Assembly: GCA_027923505.1 (NCBI GenBank)
Contig: BROI01000011.1
Coordinates: 496,001-560,000 of the forward strand
Source: Mayamaea pseudoterrestris
Lineage: Eukaryota
Direction: 5' to 3'
Length of the DNA: 64,000 bases
Under the pieces are notes generated by a model. That model was given only the letters and a program-made list of their open reading frames with translations. It searched no databases and was not told the origin of the DNA. A program made the translations under genes and the position numbers. This document shows, one piece after another, positions 1 through 11,294 of this stretch. Within the stretch, counting starts at the first letter, position 1. The number at the start of each line of letters is the position of its first letter.

Positions 1-394
1 CCGTGAATGCTCCCAGTGCCTTGCCGAGCAAGGTTCCAAGCGCCCAACCAGCCGTGAATGCTCCCAGTGCCTTGCCAAGCAAGGTTCCAAGCGCCCAACC
101 AGCCGTGAATGCACCCAGTGCCTTGCCGAGCAAGGTTCCAAGCGCCCAACCAGCCGTGAATGCACCCAGTGCCTTGCCGAGCAAGGTTCCAAGCGCCCAA
201 CCAGCTGTGAATGCTCCCAGTGCCTTGCCGAGCAAGGTGCCAAGCGCCCAACCAGCTGTGAATGCTCCCAGTGCCTTGCCGAGCAAGGTGCCAAGCGCCC
301 AACCAGCTGTGAATGCTCCCAGTGCCTTGCCGAGCAAGGTTCCAAGTGCCCAACCAGCCGTGAATGCTCCCAGTGCCTTGCCTAGCAAGGTTCC
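1..394 (+). repeat. 51-bp coding tandem repeat, about 7.7 copies visible, continuing off the window
   Basis: Unit GCCGTGAATGCTCCCAGTGCCTTGCCGAGCAAGGTTCCAAGCGCCCAACCA recurs at 51, 102, 153, 204, 255, 306 and 357 with only synonymous changes. Confidence 0.97.
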
Positions 395-1643
395 TTTGCT
401 GACAATTCGACCCACTGCGCGGCAACAGCCTACGCGCAAACCATTGGCGAGTACCATGTCAATGAATATGAATATGGGAGGCAGTGGAGTACCAACAAGA
501 CAGCCCGTTGCACCGTCTTTAACCAAAAAACCAACAACCAAGCCCATCAAGATACCGAGTTCATCGCCACAGGTAAAGACTCCCACAGTGGAGGGCATGA
601 AAATGGGCATGAGTAATCCAACAGCTACTCCGGCTGCCTTCAGTAAAGGTAATGGAAGCAAGGCAGGAGGAAAGGGTGGAGTTAGCAAGCTACCAGTAAA
701 AGGCGGCAGCAACGCTGGAAAAGCTGGAGGTGGCAATTCAGAAGGAAAGGGCAGCAATAGCAGCTTAAGCAAAGGCGGTAGCAAGAGCACTCCAAAAGGA
801 CCATGGAAAGGAAGCAAAAAGGTTGCTGAAAGTAAGATGATGAAAGGAGGCTCAGGAGGTGTTGTCAATAATTTGGGAGGAAAAGGCAGCAAAGGTAATT
901 CGATAGAAAGTGGCAACAAAAGCTTTTCGGTGGGAGCGAGTAAAGGAAAGACAAGAGATGGTGGAAGTAAGAACGCAAAAGGATCGAAAGGAGATGGAGG
1001 AACAAGCGCCACGGTTACAAAGTCATTAATTCAGTCAATCATTGACGGCAAGAATAATTGGGACGGAATGGCTAAAGGCAAGATGATGTTCACTGGAAGT
1101 AAAAACGTTAAACGTGCAACCGGGGGAGTTGAAGACGCAAGAACGAAGATTACGAATTCAGTAATCCAGTCAATAGTTGGCAACATGAACATACGACCAA
1201 TTAAAAGTGCAAATAACTATGCACAAAAAGGAAAAGGTGTGAAAGGTTCCAAGGCAAATACATCGAAAGGGAGTGCTGTGCAATATTTTGCTGGTGTTTA
1301 TATTGTTCCAGAGAATAGACTTGCCTCGTCTTCAGCACTGAAGCCGCCGGTGTCAATCGTTCCGAAACCATCGAAAGATCAGTCTCCCGCTAAAGTGGCG
1401 ACAAATTCGCGCGAACGAGGCCGCGAGCAAGCAGAGTCCACTCGAGCCACCAACTATTCCTCTGCTTCGTACGAAGACAGCAAAAGCACCATTGCTGGAT
1501 ATCAGTCCATCTTGGTTGCACTTGCAAGTGTTTTTGGCGTGCTGAGCGTTGCATTGTGGCGCAGCCATCGATCGCACAACGGCAAATGGAAGCGCCAGGC
1601 TTCACGCAAGCGCAAGGCTGTCCAGTCCGTTTACCTAGAGTAA
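1..1643 (+). CDS. 5'-truncated P/S/A-repeat and Lys/Gly/Ser-rich protein with a C-terminal transmembrane helix (putative cell-surface/cell-wall protein)
   Basis: Open frame from the window edge. It has a 17-aa repeat (VNAPSALPSKVPSAQPA), a long KG/KGS-rich tract, a hydrophobic segment (ILVALASVFGVLSVALW) and a short basic tail. Confidence 0.8.
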   Translation, partial: VNAPSALPSKVPSAQPAVNAPSALPSKVPSAQPAVNAPSALPSKVPSAQPAVNAPSALPSKVPSAQPAVNAPSALPSKVPSAQPAVNAPSALPSKVPSAQPAVNAPSALPSKVPSAQPAVNAPSALPSKVPLLTIRPTARQQPTRKPLASTMSMNMNMGGSGVPTRQPVAPSLTKKPTTKPIKIPSSSPQVKTPTVEGMKMGMSNPTATPAAFSKGNGSKAGGKGGVSKLPVKGGSNAGKAGGGNSEGKGSNSSLSKGGSKSTPKGPWKGSKKVAESKMMKGGSGGVVNNLGGKGSKGNSIESGNKSFSVGASKGKTRDGGSKNAKGSKGDGGTSATVTKSLIQSIIDGKNNWDGMAKGKMMFTGSKNVKRATGGVEDARTKITNSVIQSIVGNMNIRPIKSANNYAQKGKGVKGSKANTSKGSAVQYFAGVYIVPENRLASSSALKPPVSIVPKPSKDQSPAKVATNSRERGREQAESTRATNYSSASYEDSKSTIAGYQSILVALASVFGVLSVALWRSHRSHNGKWKRQASRKRKAVQSVYLE

Positions 1644-2656
1644 CATTGTTCATGTTATACATATTTTACAAATAATATCCTGTACATAATCATATAAACA
1701 ACATGCTGTATTAACAATATGGTGCGTACTATGTAAAGTCGACGGTTTTAGTTGATTCTGCAATGTGCTTGCTTGCTAGTCGACAACCGAGGACGAGGCT
1801 CTTGCGTGTCAAAAAGAACCTACGGCAAGGTGCATGGAAGAGTTTGATTCACATTTTAAGGTCGTTTTTGGCTCTCGTTCCGTCCATTCGCGAGCATTGC
1901 GGATCGCCAAACGATCCAGTCAAAGAGTTTCTTTGGTACTTAAGTTGGCGACCATTTCCCCCCGTGATTTTGCAACAAGCGAACGAATGCTCCGCCGCTC
2001 CACAACGAATATATAGTTCCATCAGGCTAATTTCGACTTTCTACGTTAAAATGGATACGGAAGGTAAAAATTGGAGCATATACTACCGCTAATTACGCGA
2101 AGTGACAAATATGATCTACAGTCGACGCATGAGCCATTTTTTGGCGATTGCACATCAGGTCCATGTCGTTGGTCGAGAATGCCAAGACGTCAGAGTCAGT
2201 GCAATATAGGGCCAGTTTATTCAGCGCGAGTTTGCCAATGGTCTGGATTATCGAGCGAAATAACGACGCAGCTGTGTATAATAGCAGTTTAGCATTAATG
2301 GCGCGAACGAGTGAATGCCAGCAGCCCGGATGAGAGCGTCCAGCCCACATGGATTGAAGCAAGAGGTGTAGTTGAGGCAGCAATCTACTACTCCTTGTGC
2401 TTTTGGCGAAGCGCTTGAGTCATGCGGCTCCTCTTGAAGGGCTTTGCCGATGAAAGACGACCAGCGATTGAGCGACGAGCAGTCAAACGAATTGGAACAA
2501 GTACCAAAGTTATGAGCGCTATGCTCAACTGCATCCTGTACTTCTCTTGCAACACTTCTCCCAAATGCGTTCATGCAAAAGTCATCAGTATGCAGATCAC
2601 TACTTTTGCGATCCGACAATGTCTATCGTTGTCAAAAGATCATAAATGCAGCATTA

Positions 2657-5600
2657 CTACATCCTTTTAACCTTAAAATGGCGCTCGTGACCAGCATTTG
2701 CAAGCATTAGCGCTGATATGGCGGTGTTTGACATTGAGCGGGTATCAACTCCATCAATCTCGCAAACGATATCCCCCACCGCAATATGCTCTCGAATGGC
2801 GGACGTGTGATGCACCTGGTAGACGCTTGGAGTCCCAGTGCTGGTGTCCAGAACGATTCCAAGCTTGCCTGGAGGAGCCACGAACGAAACAAATCGCGCC
2901 TCGCTTGCTGCACTTGGTGCCCCTTCGGGCACAGCTGCAGCGACACGCATTTCATCCATGCTCGTAGTCTCTGCAACAGAAGCTAAAGACTCTCTTGACG
3001 TGGTTGCACCAGAGTATGTCTCTGATTCACTCTTGACAGCAAAGTCTTCGGAGGGTTGTTCCGCGGTAAACTCGGCGGATAGATTTTCTCGGACGGATGC
3101 TAAATTTCTTGATGAAAGCAATCTGGCTTCAGAACCATCTCGAGACATGCGCCGCTTGCCTACACCCTCGTTGACCCACCACGTCCTCATTTCACCCTTG
3201 CCCTTGATCTTAATTTTGCCACGGTTCTGCAAGCGCATATCTGGGCACTGCTCCTTGAGTATTTTAGCAGCTGCATCTGAACAATGGATTCGATTCTCTC
3301 TTGAATTACTTTCCATGCGAGAAGCCGTATTGACAGCGTCGCCGAATAAGCAATATCGCATGTTGCTCGTTCCCACAACGTCTGCAACGACTGGTCCGCA
3401 GTGGAATCCGACACGTATGTTTACGTATCCTTTGCTTGGGTTCTCGTCGTCAATCAGAGTCTCATTTGCAGCAACAATGGCGTCAATGGCAAATTCAGCA
3501 ATACGTCTAGCATGATCATTGGGCTGATCTTTAACAAGATTTGTTACAGCTGATATAAGCGAAATCATGTTAGACAAGTATATAATGGCCGGAATTTCAG
3601 CAAACCATGACACGTACCAACATAAGCGTCACCAATGGTTTCAAGCTTGAAAACCTCATGGGTTTGAGATAGATTGTCAAACTTGGTATACAACCGACCG
3701 AGCATGGAAGCAACTTTCCTGGGGTCCAAAGTAGCAGAAATGTCTGTAAAGCCGACAATATCACTAAAGAAAATGGTAACGACATCACGATGCTCTGCTT
3801 CAACTGGCCGGCCATCTCGTAATGCTTCAGCAATGTGCCGAGGAAAAATATCAAACAACGAGACGGAGCTCTTTGTGTTGCTACCGTCGACATTCACTTT
3901 CTCAGCGTTGACTCGTTTCAAACGGGTGTCCAGTTCTTCGAATGAAGGTCGAAGCATCGGAGAATCATCAAGGCAGTCGATCATAAGTTGTTTAACCTGG
4001 TCACACATACTTTTTGGCACTGGAGGACGTTTCTGGACCGAGTCATCAATGACTCCCATAATAACAGTTTTTGGGTCTTCACCTTCGTAGGGATCGCGGC
4101 GCGAGTACACTTCGTACAGTATGATCCCAAAGGAATACACATCTGTCGCAGCAGTGTTTGTGCTTTCCTTGCGCAACAACTCCGGTGCCATCCAGAATGG
4201 TGTGCCCGTACCTCCCTTCTTCTGAGACAGTCCAAAGTCAGCAACCTTGGCACGAAATCTGTTATCGACAAGAATGTTTGCCGCCTTCAAGTCGCCATGG
4301 ATGACTTGAGGAACTGCAGAGTGAAGAAACCTTACACCTTGAGTAATATCCTTGAGAAAATTTAATAACATGTCGCCTTCCAAAGCCACAGTCTCGTTGT
4401 GAAGCAGATCGTAGAGCGAGCCATGGTCCATATACTCCATAATCATCATGGGCTCCTCCTTGTCTACGACGGCACCCATAATTGTTGTCACACAAGGGTG
4501 ACGAAGCTTTGACAAATATCTCATCTCGTCAAGAAACTCCTGACGCAGTCTCCTTCGCCAAGCGAAATCACTCTCTCGTCTCTGTGCCATTGGAGTGCTC
4601 AAGTGTCCAGCATTATTTCCGCTCTTGTTGAAACGACTTGTCACTGCTGTAGACGCTGTCGCAAGCGATAGTGAAGCGCCGCCCCAAGAACTTCTGCCAA
4701 ATCCTTTCACAGCACCCATTTCTTCGTCATCCGAGTGACTTGCGTCATTGTCCGTCGAGCGCGAGTGGTCAGTATCATGGTGTGACGACGAAGTTGTCCT
4801 GTCACACTTGCGTCGTGGAATCACATGCTTCACTGCTACTTGCGTGCCTCGGTACTCTGCGAGAAGGACCGTTCCAAAGGTTCCTTGACCAATAACGACG
4901 GGTGGTTCACTAAACTTGAGCTCGCCCCTGTCAACTTTCCACACTGAATCGTTACGTCTTCTTTTACTTTCGAGCCATATAAAGGCTCCGACGCCGAGAA
5001 TGAACGCCAGGGCAATGGGAAGTGCTACAGCGAGTGCAAGATTCGCATCCTCTGGAGGAGGAGCAATGTCAAGTGGAAGTTGAGTTGTTCCATCGTTGAA
5101 TATGTACGCCTCGCGCTGCTCCCAAATTCCATCCACAAATAGCGTCGATACAATTGGTTGGAATGTCACCTTGCTTTCACCAACGTCTTGCTTGATCCAG
5201 TTGGTCACGCGATACAGCGTGCTTGTAGGAAGGCGCGTACCACTGACCGGATCAAACGCCACGGATCCACCGATCCCCGTAAAGTTGGTCTTCCGAAAGG
5301 CTTTGTACTGCTGCCTGCCTGTTATTGACAACGTATTCAGTTCCGCTGCTTCGCAAGCGGCTAGCCCAAGCCCAATGGCCGCTTCATAGTGGAAAGGAGA
5401 ATACGTGTTGGTGACTGGGCTTAAAAACTCCTTTTGAAATATGAACGGATTCTCCTTGTAAGTGGCAGGATAGCTGGGATTGTTGTGCTTGGGAAGAAGG
5501 CTTCCAACGTAATTCAAGTCGGTTGGATTTTTAAGCTTCAACATTTGCGACGCGTATTTGTCAAACCCCTTCATGCCCGGCAAACCACCCGAGGCTTCCA

Positions 5601-6864
5601 CCAAACCGATTCCTTGATACGCCTTGGCCAATACCGAGTCTTTTGAGAACTGACGCCCCTGCAGGTAATTGGCGAATGAATCACCAAACAGCCAATTCGT
5701 CACTCCATTTCCGGCCATATCATTCTTGTACGCCTCCAGCAACAATGCATCGTTCGTTTCAGGCGTAAAGACAATACAGAAAATGAAGCGGTAGTTTGTT
5801 TCTTTGACGCTTTGTATGACTTGCTGAATGCTTTCGTCCGACTCGTCGTTCAACGGAAACTGCCGAATCTGCATGCCGGGCGCATGCACCAAGGCAGCAT
5901 CCCGGAGACTACCAACAAAGGCATTTCCAAAGGCGTCATTCACGTTAATGACAGACAAATATTTCAGTTTGAGTACGTCATGCATGAATTTTATGATTGG
6001 AATGGCATTGCCTTGATCCGATGGAATGGTTCGTCCAAAGAGCGGATACTGCGAACGATCATCCAAGTCCACGCTCGTGGCGTAGGCGGACACTTGCGGA
6101 TACCCCAGGAAACCAGAAACAATGGAGGTTGGAATGGTAATGGAGGACAGTGAGTTGCCAATAAAGGCGCACGGCAACGGCGCCGGGAGTGTTCGCGCCG
6201 TTTGCTCAACCAAATGGCGCAGCGCCTCTCCGCCCTGGCCTTGGTCGTCGGTGAATTCGGCTGTGAAGCGAATCTTGCATCGTTGATTCAACCCGGCAAC
6301 TTGCGGAACAATACTTCCATCGCCCGTATTCAAATGATGCAAGGCCAAGGCAATCGAGTATGTGTCCTCGAGGCCGTCCAGTTGCGGCACAAAGTCGCCG
6401 TAGGTGAACGATGTAATGAGGCTGACGTGACAGATTGCAATCGTTTCATTTGTTTCCGGCAGCGTCAATAAATCGACATTGCTCGTATCCTTGCGTTGGA
6501 TTGTAGTAGTATTGTTGGAGGAAGAGGTTGATGAAGCAACGACGCTCAATTTACGAAGGGCGTCGTAGTATCGGAGCGAAGTGAGAAAGCCGTCGTCGCC
6601 ATCTAAGACTTGGTTGCTGCGTAGTAATGTTCCGTTGTTGACATTCCCATTTGCAAGAGAATCATCATTGTTAACAGTAAGATCATCGTCGTCATTATTC
6701 CCATTCGTGCTCGTTACCGCCAACGTTGGAGCCGTCGTTTCTTCGCTAAATGTCACAGCCGTCGGACCAGCCGTTGATGCTCGAAGGTTTGGCGTGGGAG
6801 CTTCCGTAGTCGCAACGGCTGGCGTCGGCGTGACTCCAAAGACCGTATCGTCAAAGAGAGACAT
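2657..6864 (-). CDS. Receptor-type kinase/guanylate cyclase: ANF-receptor-like ectodomain + TM + TKL-like kinase + class III cyclase + PDZ-like tail; 2 exons (intron 3550-3617)
   Basis: Ectodomain motif [36 protein letters not shown]; kinase [24 protein letters not shown]; cyclase [34 protein letters not shown]-like [17 protein letters not shown]...CAG intron joins DAYV-AVTNL. Confidence 0.9.
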
Positions 6865-7794
6865 GACTTATGATTGTCAAGTGAACAAGTGCTATAATAG
6901 AAGCCTGCCGCTGTTACTTGATCCGATAAAGACCATCTCGAATTTTGAGACTCCGTCTCGTGCCATGGCCAAGCAAAATGCAAAATGACCGGAGATCCCG
7001 CATGACTTCAACATATTTATGCCTGGTGTCACGGGCATATATCAACGAAACAGCTTGGCGTCACTAGGCCCGACAGTAGCCGTTTCGTTGCATGTTTCGG
7101 CCCCGGGCCCCGGGACCATCACAATCACTCAAGGAGGCGCTGACAATCTGTGCAGATTCTACAAAAAAATATTTGCTAGCGCATAGAAAGCAATTTTAAA
7201 GCTAAAGATGAATGAACAGGATCGACGGCGAAGCTCCGCCTTGCTCCTTGACTCCTCGGCTCCTCGAACCTGACTCCATGACGGCGTCGGCGACGGCAAC
7301 GGCAAGCCCACAAGCATCAAGCTTTTGTGGCTGAGCATGCAATTGCGACCCTGTTTAGTTGCTTAAAGCAAAAGTTGAAACCAAGACACGGACAAAAGGT
7401 AGCAACTGCAAAAGGTAGCTAAAAAGGTGAAACACGGTGCGACACGTGTCACTATGCGACATTTAAAGCAGGCATAATTGTTTTCACAATGACCGCTGAA
7501 CCGCGACTGGGTTACGCCACGAAGGCTTCTCGTCACCATGTTCCTCGTCAATCCCAACAACCCTGCCGCTTGCTTGCCTTTGTTGCTTGCTTTTATACCG
7601 CCGAGTCCTTTCGAAGGACGCGAGTAAAACAACATAGTAATCGCTGTGCCTCCTTGTGAGTGAAGCAGAAAAGGCTTCTCGTTGGCGTACGTTTGGGCGA
7701 GCGAGAAAGTCACGACAGCATTTGAATCAACATTTGAATCATACGGAACCACGGAAACATACCGACAAAGCAAACCAAATAAAAAATATATACC

Positions 7795-10700
7795 ATGGAT
7801 AAACATATACAGCAACCAAACAACAATTCTCCTCAGCGACTCTTGCTGTGCATGTTTTCCTCCTTGCGAACATGCCAATCCGTCGACGAAGCAGCCTTTG
7901 AATCCTGCACGCAGCACGCGCAACTGACTCGCAATAACCAGAAGGTTTCGCTGTACAGTCTGCGAAACGAGATTCAAGCGGCTCTGCAACACAATAGTTA
8001 CAGGACTGCACTCGACGCGTTTCCGTCCATGCAAGCGTACGTGGCGGCCGTCGGCGCCTTGCCCAATGCGCGGATTGAACTGAAATGGAAGGCGGCAGCA
8101 GCGAATGGCCAGCCCGAAGTCTTTGGGTCGCTGCACTGGGATCGCTGCAACATGCTGTGGAACATGGTGGTGCTGCTGGCATATCAGAGTACTACTACTG
8201 CATTGACGAGTAATAATGCTGCGAGTCAAACAAAGGCGTCATCGCAACAGCAACAGCAACCATTTTGGTACCTGCAGGCAGCTGCCAGTCTATGCCAAAC
8301 ACTGCGAAACGAAGTGCAGGAGCTATTGAGTGTTTCATCACCATCTACAAAACACGACTCGACTAGCAGCAACACTAGCTTGGAACTATCACCCATCTTT
8401 CTCAAGGCGTGGCAGGAGCTACTCTTGGCGCACGCGCAGCGATCAACCTACGAAACCTTTCGCCAGTTGCAACTGGCGCAGAGGCAGCCCCGCCACTTTT
8501 TGCTCGCGCAGCTGGCGTCCGCGGCCGTCCCACTCTTTGGCGCGGCGGAAGCGTCCATTGAAAAGGTGCTGCAGAATGAGCACGTGTTGGAGCAGGCGGA
8601 GCAACAACAAGCAGCAGCGAGTAATGGAGTCTTGTCCTTTTTTGGTTTGATGGATGTTTGGAACCAAGCGACGCAAGCCTGGGGCATGTACTTGAACAGC
8701 ATGGCGGAGTATCATGAGGCGCTCAAGCACAAGCAAACGAACACGCAGCAGCAGCAACAATCTACGCAAACCAAGTCATCTTCAAATAAGGCGCCAGCAA
8801 CTGTCTCACCCATTCATTTGGCCCGACTGCAGGCTGCCATTCGATACGCCGAACTGGCGCAAGTATTTTTGGATCAAGCCGATGAAGCGAGTGATCTTTC
8901 CTCGAGCTTGTCGTCGGAAACGCAACGACTCGATGCACTGGTGCGCGACGCGTTGGAGCAAATGCAAAACGACTTGGTGCTACTGGTGCCAGACCAAAAT
9001 GCTGAAGAATCAGCGCCCTTTCACGATGATGCGTACGAGCATCCGGCGCAAAACAAGCTACAGGAGGAGTTGCCGGCGATTCGGCCGCAGCAAACAGTCA
9101 AGCTCATGCAAATGCCGGAAGGTAAAGTGTTGCCATCGCTCGAGCAGCTCAAATACACCATGAGCATGAGCGACGCATCAGCCGAGTCGCCGCTATTATT
9201 AAACTCTTCCTCGCATCGCACGCCACCATCCTCAAGTCATCATTATCCACCCATGACAATGGTCATGAGCAATCGGCAGACACCGCCGTCCGTCTTGTCA
9301 TCGCCGGCTGTTTCGGCCGGCTTGACTTTGGGAGCGGGCGGAATTAGCAGCACTGGCAGTAGTAACCTCAGTCCGTCAACCTTTCAGCGCTACCGACAGT
9401 CCTTTTTGCATCAATTGATGGATTTGCATGAGGAATTGACTACATTGGCGCAAACAAAGACGGAAGCAGGTCGACAAGCGCTCACAGCAGTCGATTTGCC
9501 ACAATCGCTGACGGCATATCATCGCGAGCAACAGCAACTGCAGCAACTACGAGAGCAACAACAACATGAAAAGATGAATACTGCCTACGCCCGACGCCAT
9601 ACTGGTAGACTGCCACCGCAACTTTGGGCTCGCGTCGCAACTTTGCAGCAGCAACGGAGCGACCCGTATAGTCCGTCGTCAAGTTCTTCTCGTCGGAATG
9701 CGGAAACTGACCATGTTGCTTCGTTGCAGCAACAATTATGGGAGCTTCGCGATTCAGCCGACGTGGCGCGAGGCTTGCTCAAGCAAATGGACCTGCAGCT
9801 ACAGGAAGACTTGGAAATGGATCGCACCTTTCGACAAGACGCGAAACATGCCGAATTTGCTGGTCACGATGTGCTGGAAGTTCAGCGGGCGGTTCGAGAA
9901 AATTTGTCGCACTATGCCGGCTTGTTGCAGACGGCGCAAGAAAGTGACGATGTTTTGTGGGAACAGTGCCAGTCGCTGGATACGGATCCTAAATTCCAGC
10001 TGTTAAAGTTTGATAAGGAGCAGCTGGAACATTTGATTGAACCAATGCCAAGTCATGTTCCTCCTCCAATGATGGATGGAGGGGCCGAAAGTCGGAACAA
10101 ATTGATGGTTGTCTCGAATTTGAGCAAGCACTTGGTGGAGCTATCAGCTCTATTTGAGATGCGCGAGTCGAACCTGCAGACCATGCATCGGCGGATCAAC
10201 GATTTTCCATTTGAGGAGGAGCTGCTTGGTTTAATAACAAGCGGTGTTCGTTCAGAGCAAGCGCTGAGTACGGCCGTTGAACAAGCCAAGGAGGTAGTGC
10301 AAGTCTTTGTCGACAAGGTTGAAGCGAGTATTGAGCGACAAGCCGATTTGCTGCGCAATATTATGCAGGACAACGAAGAGTTTGTTCGCATTCGTGAGGC
10401 GTCACAACCCATTGAAGGCGGCAACTGTATTGCCAAGTTGGAAGATGCGCTTGACGAGATTGACGTCTTTGCTAAGCACTTGAAGGAAGGTAAGGACTTT
10501 TACGATGTCGTCATTCCCAAGCTTGACCGACTCAAGACGCAGGTAGAAGATGTGAGCGCACGATTGACGATTGAGCGAATGGAGTACGAGGACCGCATCG
10601 CCATGTCTCGCCAAGAAGCTGACGATGCTCGCATGGCGGCTCGTTTCGCTGAACAACAGCAGCAGCAACAGCAACAGCCACAGACTGGGCCCACGAATGG

Positions 10701-10998
10701 TGCACCACCTACTACATACACACCTTCGCAACCTTCGCAGCAACGCATCTCCAACTCCTACTACGGAGGCAATACGAGCACCAACAGCAGTAGTAACATT
10801 GGAAACGTTCCTCGGCATGAACCTGCTGGCCATCCTGGAGTGGAGCAAGTGGATCACATGTCGCCCATGGTTCGCGTCGATGATTCCAAGGTGGCCACGC
10901 TCATGGCCATGGACTTTGATCCGGACAAGGTGGTTGCCGCTCTTCGTTTGTACGACAATAACTTTGATCAGGCTTTGAATGCGCTCTTGTCGGGGTGA
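7795..10998 (+). CDS. BRO1/ALIX-family ESCRT accessory protein with V-domain and C-terminal UBA domain
   Basis: 1067-aa ORF. BRO1-like 'SLHWDRCNMLWN', V-domain end 'HLKEGKDFY', UBA 'KVATLMAMDFDPDKVVAALRLYDNNFDQALNALL'. Confidence 0.8.
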   Translation: MDKHIQQPNNNSPQRLLLCMFSSLRTCQSVDEAAFESCTQHAQLTRNNQKVSLYSLRNEIQAALQHNSYRTALDAFPSMQAYVAAVGALPNARIELKWKAAAANGQPEVFGSLHWDRCNMLWNMVVLLAYQSTTTALTSNNAASQTKASSQQQQQPFWYLQAAASLCQTLRNEVQELLSVSSPSTKHDSTSSNTSLELSPIFLKAWQELLLAHAQRSTYETFRQLQLAQRQPRHFLLAQLASAAVPLFGAAEASIEKVLQNEHVLEQAEQQQAAASNGVLSFFGLMDVWNQATQAWGMYLNSMAEYHEALKHKQTNTQQQQQSTQTKSSSNKAPATVSPIHLARLQAAIRYAELAQVFLDQADEASDLSSSLSSETQRLDALVRDALEQMQNDLVLLVPDQNAEESAPFHDDAYEHPAQNKLQEELPAIRPQQTVKLMQMPEGKVLPSLEQLKYTMSMSDASAESPLLLNSSSHRTPPSSSHHYPPMTMVMSNRQTPPSVLSSPAVSAGLTLGAGGISSTGSSNLSPSTFQRYRQSFLHQLMDLHEELTTLAQTKTEAGRQALTAVDLPQSLTAYHREQQQLQQLREQQQHEKMNTAYARRHTGRLPPQLWARVATLQQQRSDPYSPSSSSSRRNAETDHVASLQQQLWELRDSADVARGLLKQMDLQLQEDLEMDRTFRQDAKHAEFAGHDVLEVQRAVRENLSHYAGLLQTAQESDDVLWEQCQSLDTDPKFQLLKFDKEQLEHLIEPMPSHVPPPMMDGGAESRNKLMVVSNLSKHLVELSALFEMRESNLQTMHRRINDFPFEEELLGLITSGVRSEQALSTAVEQAKEVVQVFVDKVEASIERQADLLRNIMQDNEEFVRIREASQPIEGGNCIAKLEDALDEIDVFAKHLKEGKDFYDVVIPKLDRLKTQVEDVSARLTIERMEYEDRIAMSRQEADDARMAARFAEQQQQQQQQPQTGPTNGAPPTTYTPSQPSQQRISNSYYGGNTSTNSSSNIGNVPRHEPAGHPGVEQVDHMSPMVRVDDSKVATLMAMDFDPDKVVAALRLYDNNFDQALNALLSG

Positions 10999-11294
10999 TG
11001 GCCCTGTAAAGAGTTGCCTATGTTTACTTTAGTATTGCATTAATGCATACTTTAAGCTCCTACTCTATGTGGTCTATGTATGCAATGATGATTACAACCT
11101 CTTCGGTCGTCGCTACAAAGAAAAGACCATTGTAATAAGAAAATTGTCGTTATATTATAAGTCAATACTTGAATAATTCTAAAATGTTTCTCTTCGAAAT
11201 GTTGAAATAGAAAGTGATGTTGGTGAAAATAGTGTGATATGTGAAAGTGTTGTTCCAAGTGGCGCTCTCCAGCAACTTGATGCAGCAAGCCGCC

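Noticed and set aside
1..394. Regular repeat resembling a CRISPR array
   Set aside because: No unique spacers; it is an in-frame 51-bp coding tandem repeat in a eukaryotic gene.
1700..2650. Short ORFs that might be a decayed LRR-like gene
   Set aside because: No convincing motif or splice model; cannot be supported without a homology search.
7363..8229. 288-aa minus-strand ORF
   Set aside because: Overlaps the BRO1 gene antisense and its upstream region; no recognisable protein features.
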